A stretch of 62,888 bases of DNA, filler included. It is 9 parts of 9 records of this genome, joined end to end, with 100 filler letters (N's around TTAATTAATTAA, not from the genome) between each part and the next. Parts side by side here need not be neighbours in the genome. Positions count along the whole stretch, not along the records: positions 45,076 to 56,608 come from SRR7504441_1405; 8 more parts are not named here. One strand, written 5' to 3'. Under the pieces are notes generated by a model that was not told the DNA's origin, made no database searches, and worked only from the letters and a program-made list of their open reading frames with translations. Below, piece after piece: positions 45,228 through 54,743 of the stretch (its first letter is position 1; every line of letters starts with the position of its first letter). Made by a program: the position numbers and the translations under genes.

Positions 45228-46222
45228 ATGGGGAACAAGCCGTCTAAGTCGGGGGGAACCCGCCGGGCGATGCAGCAGGACCTGAATCGGGTCGCCCAAG
45301 AGATGGCCACTCCGAGGTCGGTGGCACGAGCTCAAACCGTGCTCAAGGCGGCCGAGGCCGGCGACACGGACGCTGTACGCAGCATGCTTCAGAAGAATCC
45401 GGAGGCAGTGCTGGAGGCCAGGGACAAGGTACCCGTGGGCCAGGCGAGGAACGGCTCACACTTGGGGGGGGCAGTACGGGGGGCAGACAGCGCTGCATGC
45501 GGCTGCTTGGAATGGGCGGAAAGCGGTCGTAGAACTGCTGCTGGCGGCCCAGGCCGACGTCAACGCCGAGACCCAGGTGCGCAGGCCGGAGGGAACGGAT
45601 GCTGGGCTGACAGAGCGGGTGGGCAGAACCGGCAGCCGGCGCTGCACTACGCAGCCAAGCAAGGACACACCGCGGTGGTCGAGCTGCTGCTGGCCGGCCG
45701 AGCCGACTTGGATGCCAAGAACGACGTACGCCCCCGCGCCCGTCGGAGCGGAGGGAGTGCCGGGCTGAGAACGGGGGCAGCGTGGAAACACGGCTCTGCA
45801 TCAAGCTGCGTCCTTCCGGCACCCAAGTACCGCAGTGGTCGAGCGGCTGCTGATGGCGAACGCCGATATCAATGCTGTTAACAATGTGTGGCCGGAGCGA
45901 GCGCCAGTGAGCTGAGAGCGGGTCGGCTGGGCAGCTCGGGGACACGGCGCTGCATCAGTCAGCCTTCGAAGGGCACACCGATGTCTTGAAGGTGCTGCTG
46001 AAGGCCAGAGCCGATATCGATATAAAGAACAAGGTGGCTGGCTGGAGCGCTTGTTGCTGAGCCGAGGGTGCCAGGCCGGGGAAACTGCACTCGATCGCGC
46101 TCAGGGGAGCACGAAAAGGGGCAACCGCAGCAAGGCCGTGCTGCGCGCGGTGAGCTCGGCCAAGGCGCCACGTGCCTCAATCAGGGGGGTGTCAGGCGAA
46201 AGATCTCAGAGATTCACTCTGA
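45228..46222 (+). CDS. Ankyrin-repeat protein with N-myristoylation motif, about one intron per repeat
   Basis: MGNKPS start; spliced TALHAAA, PALHYAAKQGH, TALHKL, TALHQSAFEGH and ETALD. Confidence 0.88.
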
Positions 46223-46523
46223 TTCACTCAAGGCTTGAGCACCAGACGGTCAGGTGTAAGCTTACTCGTATACATGTGACTATCGATCTTTACCGTCCAT
46301 AGTGCACACGCCTATATCCACTAATGCATTAGTCGATAAACAAGCTTCATATCTAACATTCAATGGCCCTTCTTGTTCATGTTAGGCCGCTGCCATCATT
46401 ATTAGCTTCACCGGCTTCGGATCCAAAAATGAAGAAATTTTAATGTACATGTAGCGAAAATGCACACGCCTGCCAGCGGACTACAAAGATGATGGAATCG
46501 GTTTTCATTTCACCTTCGCTCGT

Positions 46524-48020
46524 TCATTGTATGCAGCAACGCCTTCTAGATCTCATATCATCCCTCAAGCGGCGAGCTTCTTCTAGATCGCGCACTCCAT
46601 CCCTCAAGGCTGCCAAGAACAGCACAACCGAATGCCGCCCACAACTGGTTAGACTATCTCGGATCTGCGCCGCGGTGAACATGCCGCAACTCTGATGGGC
46701 ATCGGCGTTCTCACGTACATACTGCTTGGCAACGTCGATCGCAGCTTGCATGCACGGCCCATTAAGAACAGCACAACCGAATGTAGCCCTCCATGGGGCA
46801 GTGCTGGAGGGCTGCAAGGCCGTTGTGTGCACTGCAGAGCCATCCATCGAGCCGATGTACCGTTGAATCAGCACCAGGCCAGCTGCCACGTCATGCGCTG
46901 GCAGCGCCAGCAATTGCTCTGGAGTGCACCAATCAACGATTCCAATCCCCACAGTGCACACAATGGCCTTGCAGCCCTCCAGCACATGGACCGCATCAAC
47001 AGTCCTCGCTCTTACCTGCCCAGCTTCCGCCGGGTTCTTGCAGGCTTGGGAAAGCGCCCACAGCAGCCGCACGCAGCCGGACAAGTCAATTCGCGCGTCC
47101 GATAAGAAGAAGCCTGGCTGGTTGACCACATCCTGGGCTGCTTCCATGCTGGACTGCTCAAACAACCCATCGTCCCCTTCAAGGAAGTCGCAGATGATTC
47201 CAAGGAGCTCGTCTGTAGAAAACATCGGGGTTTGCCAGGTCGCGGCGTCGTAGATGTGTATGTGGAACTGCTCTCTCGCCTGCTCCATCAGATCTCTGAC
47301 GCTAACTTCCTGTGACTCGTGAGCGGCCACAGATTGGGCCCACCCCTCGACCGCGGCGTATACCGCCCCGATCTCGGGCATTTGCTCCCACAGATTACCG
47401 ATGATATGCGGGCCGCCAGCAAGCATACCACGTGCGAGAGTGGCGTATTGCACGCGAGACAGTGACGCATAAAGCCCTGCACCGCTGTCCGCCCAGCCAA
47501 TCTGACTGTCGAGCGCCTGCTGAACAGCGCCCACCAACCCCTCGCTCCGTGCACGGGCGGTCTGCATAGAATCCTCGAGTCCGAGCTCGTTGGTCTGCTC
47601 ACCTAGTGGCCCCACCTTGGGGATCACCTCGGCGTGCACAAACCAAAGCAGCGCAAACTGGCCCCGAACCGGGCCCGGCGGGCGCAGGTCGCTTGCCGAG
47701 GCAAACAGGCCTAGCAACCGCTCCCAAGCCGCGTCCTCGTAGCACAGCTTGCAGAGGGCTCGGCAGGCCTGGGCCGCCCGACCGAGCGATGCCAGGGCCT
47801 GGAGTACAACTGGGTCGTTGACTGAGCCTGACTTGGCGCAATACGTGTGACTCGGGGCGATCTCTTGGGTCACTCGGAGCGCCAGCGGCCAGGGCAGCCC
47901 CATCGCGCCTTGCAGGCCCTCGGGGGGCGAGAACGGTCCGACGTACCGCCAGACCGGGGCAACCCAGCCGCCGCCGGCGTCCGGCTCGTCGACCGGGTTG
48001 GCGCTCGTGCAATTACCCAT
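46524..48020 (-). CDS. Hypothetical protein with N-terminal MGNC and C-terminal CCIQ lipidation motifs
   Basis: Uninterrupted frame from ATG 48020 to stop 46524; no family recognised. Confidence 0.65.
   Translation of the reverse strand: MGNCTSANPVDEPDAGGGWVAPVWRYVGPFSPPEGLQGAMGLPWPLALRVTQEIAPSHTYCAKSGSVNDPVVLQALASLGRAAQACRALCKLCYEDAAWERLLGLFASASDLRPPGPVRGQFALLWFVHAEVIPKVGPLGEQTNELGLEDSMQTARARSEGLVGAVQQALDSQIGWADSGAGLYASLSRVQYATLARGMLAGGPHIIGNLWEQMPEIGAVYAAVEGWAQSVAAHESQEVSVRDLMEQAREQFHIHIYDAATWQTPMFSTDELLGIICDFLEGDDGLFEQSSMEAAQDVVNQPGFFLSDARIDLSGCVRLLWALSQACKNPAEAGQVRARTVDAVHVLEGCKAIVCTVGIGIVDWCTPEQLLALPAHDVAAGLVLIQRYIGSMDGSAVHTTALQPSSTAPWRATFGCAVLNGPCMQAAIDVAKQYVRENADAHQSCGMFTAAQIRDSLTSCGRHSVVLFLAALRDGVRDLEEARRLRDDMRSRRRCCIQ
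46801..46985. repeat. 34-bp inverted repeat inside a CDS
   Basis: 46801-46834 is the reverse complement of 46952-46985 with one mismatch. Confidence 0.92.
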
Positions 48021-48093
48021 ACACACACTCAGGAGGCCGCCGCCGCGACTGGATCTCCGTGGACCGGTTTGCCGTTGTCGCGACAAGCAGCAG

Positions 48094-49498
48094 ATGGACT
48101 CCCGAGAGTTCGCGTCTCGGGTGCGGCGGCGCCGGCCGTTTGTGCTGCGCCGGTGGAGCTGGCTCGAGCAGGACTCGCCCTGGCGCTCGTTGTCGGCCCT
48201 CCGCCGGCTGCTCGGCCCCGCGACCGACCGGCGAGTGGATGTAGCCTGCACGGCGCCCGGGAGCCCATTTGCCGGAGACCCGCGCAAGCACCAGAGCGTG
48301 AGCCTGCGCCTGGCCGATTTCCTGGACGTAGTGCACGCCGCCAACACGGGCGGCTCGCACTGGGCACTCGGCCGCAGCCTGCAGTTTTATTTGTGCCAGG
48401 CGCCTGTCCCCTTGGCTGGCCCCCCCCTGAGATGCTGGCAGTGCTGCATCGTGAGCAACGAGCCTGAGATACCGGCGGGACTGCCCGAGCTGGCGGCGCA
48501 CCTGCCGTTCCCCAGCTGGATGACCGGCCGCGGCCTGAGCCGGGCAAACCTGTGGGTGTGCGCCGATCAGAGCACCACCACCGCGCACTACGACGGGACC
48601 GACAACGTTCTGCTGGTCACAGCCGGGGCCAAACGGGTCGAGTTGTGGCCGCCGTCGGCCCGGACCGCGGTCCCGGTCTGGTTTGAGGCGCCGAACCACG
48701 CCGAGGGGCCACCGCGCTCTCCCCCGGTGCGTACGGTACTCTTGGAGGCAGGGAGTGTGCTGTGGATCCCTGAGGGCTGGTGGCACAAAGTGCACAGCCA
48801 GCCGGGGACGGTGGCGGTGAACCTGTGGAGCCGCTCGCTCGGGCACCGGCTGGGCAAGCCGTCCGGGCTGATTGGGCGCGGGTGTGTGGACTACTATGTG
48901 CGCGTGTTGCTTAGCCGGCAATTGAAGTCTGCCAAGGCGCGTCACTGTCATGCAACAGCCCGCAAGGCGAGGGCCAACCTGCGCAGGCGGCGATTGGAGA
49001 CTCCGCGGGCGGTGCGGCGGCGACAGTGGATGCTAGGGGCGCGCGCGCCGCTTTGGGGAGGGACTGGGGCTGTGGTGGAGGGGTTGGAAGCACTGGGTGT
49101 GCCGGGGCGCCGTCGGAGCTGACTGTAGGGCTAGGTCCGAAGGGGACGGTACGGCTGCTGCGCGCAATAATGAAGCACCGGGCTGAAGTGTGGCCGCGGC
49201 TGGTGCGTCGTATGAGTCCAGTGACTGGTGAGAGCTCTGCCGTTGATAATATTGTTACGCGCTCACTTTGCTGCTTGCAGCCGAGCTGATGACTTGCAAA
49301 TGGGAGGCGTTAGACTCTAAGACGCCGCTTGCCATGAAACGGCTCTATGAGCAGCTGTTCGCCAACGATTCTGATGGAGCACTCCGGTCGCGGCTGCTCG
49401 CGTTGCGTGAAGAGCTCTCGTGCAAGTTGTGTCTTGAGTTCCTCGAAGGAGCCTTATGTGGGGGGCGGCGGCTTCGGATCAAACGTGCGACTAGCTAG
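48094..49498 (+). CDS. JmjC (Cupin_8) 2OG oxygenase
   Basis: NLWV, TTAHYD, GAKRVELWPP and LWIPEGWWHKVHS...VAVNLW; 3' exons joined by short introns. Confidence 0.9.
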
Positions 49499-49590
49499 AG
49501 CTCCATTGAACCTTCTTTTGTGAACCGTTACATATTTGAGTGCAGTTCTACTGTATTGCTATTTACGAGTATATAATCATAATGCGAGAT

Positions 49591-51835
49591 TTACACTCGC
49601 ACACCATCCGGCTGCGTGATCAGCGACAGCAGTTCGTCTGCCGTGCCGCCAGTGGCTGTGGTCACGGTTCCGCACATGTCGCAACACACATACACTGCCC
49701 GCTCCGCCCACTGTATCGACGCCCCACATGCCCAGCACTCAGTCGGCCTGGCCGCCCTCTGCAGCTCAAACGCAGCTATCGCCCGCGCCCCTGCCCCCAC
49801 TTCCCGCCGCGTCAAGCGGGCCACACGCACCAACAGTCGAGAGCGGAGGCGCCGACGGCTCTGCGGCCGGCAAGAGCTCAGACGGCGGCTGCTCCCCGGA
49901 TCCCAGGCCGACCAGGTGAAGCACCGCGTGCTCCACGCTGCCGTGGTGCTCCCCGAGCGCTTCGCGCGCCTCGCTCTGCACCAAGCCGTCAATTGGAGCA
50001 GTAGGCCGGCTCGTGCCTCGGGAAAGCCCATGGCAAGCAACTGCTCCAACGGGCCTGCAGGCTCCGCGGGGGGGGGGGCGCCAGACCGGCGGGGGCAGGC
50101 ACGGGCTTGGTGGTCCCGAGCAACTCGGCAGCCGCGCGCTCAATGTCCCAATCAGACCGGGCGAGTGCACCGGCCGCTTCGTCCCTCCCGAACCCGAGCC
50201 TAGTCAGCTGGTCGGTCAAGTTGGACTCAGACGGACTCAGCTCGGGCTCGGGGGGCAGGCCGCGCCCGGCGCACTCTCCCTGCGGGGGGGTGATCATGGC
50301 CAGCAGCTCCGGCGCATCCAGCAGCCCGGCGTCGAGCCCGCAGTCGATAGGCTGCCCCAAGCTTGGATCTTGCTGGTGACCCTCGCTGTTGAAGACCTCG
50401 TCAAGCTCCTGCGGGCCCACTATCTCCTCCTTAGCCACCGCCAGCCGTGAGCCAGTGCACGGCGAGTCCAGCTCCTCGGGCGGCGCCGGCTCGCCTGCAG
50501 CCAGAGTCATTCTGAGCCACAATCGAGGGCGAGTCGCCTCTCGGGCTGAAATTATCCAAGAACTGAGCGAGCTTCTGGTCGATCTGCGCCGCGACCGGCA
50601 CCGGTGGGGCCTGGCCGGCCTCGAGAGCTCGTCGGGCCTTTTCTATAAACAAGAGGATGTCCGTGAAGGACGGCCGGGCCTGATGCGACTCCGCCCAGCA
50701 CTGCAGGCCAGCACTGAGCACTGAGCCGAGGGCCTAATCACCTGCTCGATTAGGCTGCGGACATCCGCCGGGCAGCTGGCCGGTATCGCCGGCCGGAGGC
50801 CCTCGTTGGCCACAGCGTGCGATATCTGGACGCTGGACATCCCGCGGAACGGGATCTCGTTTGAGGCCATCTCGAACGCGACCATACCGAAACTATACAC
50901 TGGAAGGCTCTCAACACCCGGCCAGCCCGATCAGCTCACCGTCAACGGCCTCCGAGTATTTCTTGCCAGACATGAGCTCCGGCGCCATCCAGGCCGCCGT
51001 CCCTATCTGCCCCCTGCGCTCAGCTGAGCCAATCGCAGCCCGTGTACCTGGCCCGTCATCACAACGGACGTGTCGTGCGACCGAACCCTCGAGAGCCCGA
51101 AATCGCAGACCTTGAGCTGCCAGTCCGAGGCCACCAGCAGATCTGGCCCGGCGGCTCGGCAAGGCCCTGGGCTGGGCGGCCGACTGAGCGATTTGAGGTC
51201 TCTGTGAATAACCTTCTTGCTGTGCAGGTAGGCAGTTCCAGAGGCCACTTGATGGCAGAACTTGAGCAACCAGTCGTGCTGCCCGCCGTCGGCCGGCCCG
51301 CCCCCGGTGGGCTGCCTTCATTTTCCGCCGTTGAACGTGCAGTGCATTGAACAGATTCCCCCTGGAGACCTGCCCGAACTCACTGCCGGCCGCGACCGGC
51401 CCGACCAGCTCGGTGATCATCATGGAGGAGCCGTTGGCATCCACCGCCGCCCCGTACAGCCGGACAATGTTCGGGTGCGACAGCGTACTCATCTGCGCCC
51501 GGGTCGTCGCACCGCGGGCTAAGCGAAACGGCACCAGTGCGAGCTCGCGCATGAACGCTAGCTTCTCAGGGTCGTTGTCCCGGAGGGTGCACTTGAGCTG
51601 TTTGACCGCCACCGCCATCGGCCCGGCCCCCGGTCGATGCCACTCGGCCTGGAACACCACCCCGAAGCTGCCCTCGCCCAGCTTGGCGCCCATCTGGATC
51701 TCGGAGCGCCCGATCCGCAGGAAGCTGTCCGGCGAGCTGCCCCCCGCGCTCAGCCGCCGGGCGGCCCGGAGCTCACTGGTTGGTGTCGGACGACCAACCG
51801 TCCGGCAGCGCCGAGGCCACCATCAGGCCGTCCAT
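49591..51835 (-). CDS. TKL (Raf/MLK-like) protein kinase + 2 UBA + LSD1-type zinc finger
   Basis: GEGSFG, VAVK, HPNIV, HRDLKSLN, DFG, GTAAWMAPE, DVYSFG and RPSF. UBA motifs LTRLGF...AL...WDIERA and LLAMGFPE-SEAREAL. Finger CWAC...VCCDMCGTVT. Confidence 0.88.
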
Positions 51836-51905
51836 CCGCTCGTGGCGTCACCCGACCAGCCCTCTTCCCTCAAGTGCCGTTGGAAATTCCGTTATAATCT
51901 CAATC
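51836..51905. promoter_or_regulatory. Putative bidirectional promoter with tandem YAACGG
   Basis: CCGTTG at 51877 and CCGTTA at 51889, between the divergent kinase and methionine synthase-like genes. Confidence 0.5.
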
Positions 51906-53286
51906 ATGCACCGAGACAGATCAATCAAGCTGCAGCCCAGGGCCGCTCGGCGGAGGGATGCAACCGAATTGCCACTGGGCTTCTGCTCAGCAGGGGCCAC
52001 TGGTGCGTAAGTCGAGTGGTCATGCATGCGCTGACCCCCAAATAGATGCCATCCACGATGCGCTCGACCGGTTGGAGCGAACACGCCCCCAAGCCACCGG
52101 GCAGAAAGCCCGGCCGAAAGCCCTCCAGTGCACCGTGATCGGGTCCTACCCTAAGCCAGCCTACTGCAAATCGGTGGCCCCGGACTGGTTCGATGCTAGG
52201 GCTGACGGCTCGTATCGCGGCAACGTGGGGGAGATCACAGCCAAAGCCAACGCGGCGCGGACGATGGACGAAGCGGAGAGAGAGCGGCTGATATTGACAG
52301 CGACCGACCAGATCCTGGGCCAGCAGACTGCGCTTGGGATTGACATCCCGACCGACGGTGAGGTCCGGCGGGAGAACTACATACACCACCTGTGTCGATC
52401 TATCGAGGGCATCTCGTTCGATCAGCTCACCAACACCAAGTGCCGGCCGCGGACCGACGAAGCCACCGGGGAGACAGTGTATGCCTTCGAGGCCCAGCTG
52501 CCCACCGTGGTCGGTAAGGTGAGCTGGCGGGAGGGCGCGCAGACCCCGCCTGACGTAGTGGCGCGAGAGTGGCGGCTTGCCCAGGAGCGGTGCGTCAATC
52601 CAGTCAAGTTCACACTGCCAGGCCCAATGACGATCATTGGGACGGTTGCAAACCAGCACTACTGCGAAGCGAACGGCGGCCTGAACGAGGAGCAGCTGGC
52701 TCGAGACCTGGGATTGCTGGTCAAGGACTGTGTGGATGCGTTGGTCGCTGCAGGCTGTGCCCAAATACAAATCGATGAGCCGCTTTTTGCCCGGAAGCCG
52801 AACGAGGCTATCGAGTACGGGATTAGTATCCTGGACAGCGTGGTGGCTGATGTGCCGCCCGGGGTGTTTACTACTTGTCACATCTGCTGCGGCTATCCTA
52901 ACTACTTGGACCAGCAGGACTATGTCAAGGCTGACCAGAACGTCTACCTCAGATTAGCCCCACACCTGGCTGCCATCAGGATCAACGGCTACAGCCTCGA
53001 GGATGCTCACAGGCCAAATGACCTAGCCAAGCTGCTGCCGCTGATGGGTGACAAGACGGTGGTTCTCGGATGCCTCAAAATTGCCTCGTCCGAGATAGAT
53101 ACAGTGCCCGAGATCGAAGACCGACTGAGAGAAGCCCTGAAGCATCTGCCGCCGGAGCAACTGATCGTCGCTCCGGATTGCGGCCTGGCATTCTTATCGG
53201 AAGATATGGCCGTGGCCAAGCTGTGCAACATGGTTGAGGCAGCAAAGAACGTTAGCGCGGAATGCATTGGTCGTTGTTGTGCGTGA
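51906..53286 (+). CDS. Single-barrel (core) cobalamin-independent methionine synthase-like protein; start at 51906 via intron 52003-52045, or at 51958
   Basis: TVIGSYPKP, TDGEVRR, KFTLPGPMT, IQIDEP, Zn ligands HIC, SLED and APDCGL. No N-terminal MetE half. Confidence 0.9.
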
Positions 53287-53531
53287 TTTAACCGATTTTT
53301 ATCGAATCAAATGAAAACTTGTGGTAGATATCGTTTCATGTGCCCGTCGTATGCCCGTCGACGTCAACCCCTAGTCAAGTATTGTTCATGTGCCCGTTGA
53401 CCAACCCTACTGCGTACGTCAACCGGTAGCTACTATAAAAATATAACGTTCGCCCTAGGCTAGCCCTAGACCTCAAGCGAATGATGTGTCTGGACACCAT
53501 GGGACACACACCGCTTGTGAACTAACTGTCG

Positions 53532-54680
53532 TTAGAGCTTAGCCTCGATATTGGGCTGCTTCCAGCAGCTATTCAAGAAGTGAAGAAGGTGCTCGTTCAC
53601 TTCGGCCGGCCGCTCCTGCTGAATCCAGTGTCCAGCCGTCCGCCGGCCGTCTCTCGGCTCGCACCTCAGCACTACAAACTGTCGCAGGTCGGAGCACACC
53701 TTTTGGAGCGCGACCCGCTGTCTGTCTAGACCTCCAGGCGCAAACTGGACCACTGGGTCGTCCTCGCCCGTTATGAACAGACACGGCTGCTCTATCTTCT
53801 TGCCGACCAGCTGCGGGGTGGTGGCGTGGTTGCCATGCAAGTTGCGGTAGTAGCATACACCGCCATGGAAGCCGTGTCGCTTAAACTGCTCCACTACGTA
53901 CTCAAACTCACCCCGGCTCAGCCAGCTCGGCAGCCGGTCAGGCCGACCCGACTGGTGGGCAAACATTCCACCGTCCCGTCGCAAACTGGAGACCGGACGG
54001 CCGAGCTGGGTGGTGGGCACGCTCTTGTCAGTCCAAAACCGAAGAATCGACTCGCTTATGTTGCTATCATACTCGGCCTCGGCCGGCCCATAGTCTGAGC
54101 TGCCCGGGAAGGTCTCTTGGTGATATGCCTGGTACCAGAACCGCCGGTCTGGCCCCTCCCCAAACACTTTGTTGTACGTCTGCACGGGAGAGCCGGCCCC
54201 GGGCTTGCGGAGGGTGGTCGGGACGCTCATGGCGGCAAGTATCGGGAAGTGCTCCGGGAGTAGCAGCCCGAGCAGCCAGGTGAGCGCCGCGCCCCAGTCG
54301 TGCCCCACCAGCGCCACCCGGCGCAGCCCGAGCTCCTGGATCAGCCCCACCATGTCGGCAGCGATATGGTGCACTGAGTACGCAGAGGCCGCGCTCGGGG
54401 CGTCGGACCAGCCGTAGCCCCGCATGTCAGGTGCAATTGCCCAGTACCCGGCCTCACCCAGCGCCTGCAGCTGGTGGCGCCAGGAGAACCAGGACTCGGG
54501 GAATCCGTGCATGAGGAGCACCGGCTGGCCGCTGGCCTGGCCGCAGCAGGCCACACGGAGGGTGGTGCCGGTGTTGGCCAGGGTGACCATCCGCAGTGTG
54601 ACGCCGGCCACAGGGCTGTGCAGCGGATCCGGCGAGGCTGCAATGCGAGCGCCGTCGTCTTTGGATGCCCCGAAGGACAT
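53532..54680 (-). CDS. Soluble epoxide hydrolase-like alpha/beta hydrolase, PTS1 peroxisomal
   Basis: HGFPE, APDMRGYG, GHDWG, YYRN and GHWIQQE; C-terminal AKL. Confidence 0.92.
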   Translation of the reverse strand: MSFGASKDDGARIAASPDPLHSPVAGVTLRMVTLANTGTTLRVACCGQASGQPVLLMHGFPESWFSWRHQLQALGEAGYWAIAPDMRGYGWSDAPSAASAYSVHHIAADMVGLIQELGLRRVALVGHDWGAALTWLLGLLLPEHFPILAAMSVPTTLRKPGAGSPVQTYNKVFGEGPDRRFWYQAYHQETFPGSSDYGPAEAEYDSNISESILRFWTDKSVPTTQLGRPVSSLRRDGGMFAHQSGRPDRLPSWLSRGEFEYVVEQFKRHGFHGGVCYYRNLHGNHATTPQLVGKKIEQPCLFITGEDDPVVQFAPGGLDRQRVALQKVCSDLRQFVVLRCEPRDGRRTAGHWIQQERPAEVNEHLLHFLNSCWKQPNIEAKL

Positions 54681-54743
54681 GGTTGCTCGACAAAGGGGTA
54701 TCTGGACGGCACAGCGTGGTGCAACGGAATTTAACGGACCACG
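54681..54743. promoter_or_regulatory. Putative 63-bp bidirectional promoter with tandem YAACGG
   Basis: CAACGG at 54722 and TAACGG at 54732, between divergent ATGs. Confidence 0.5.
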
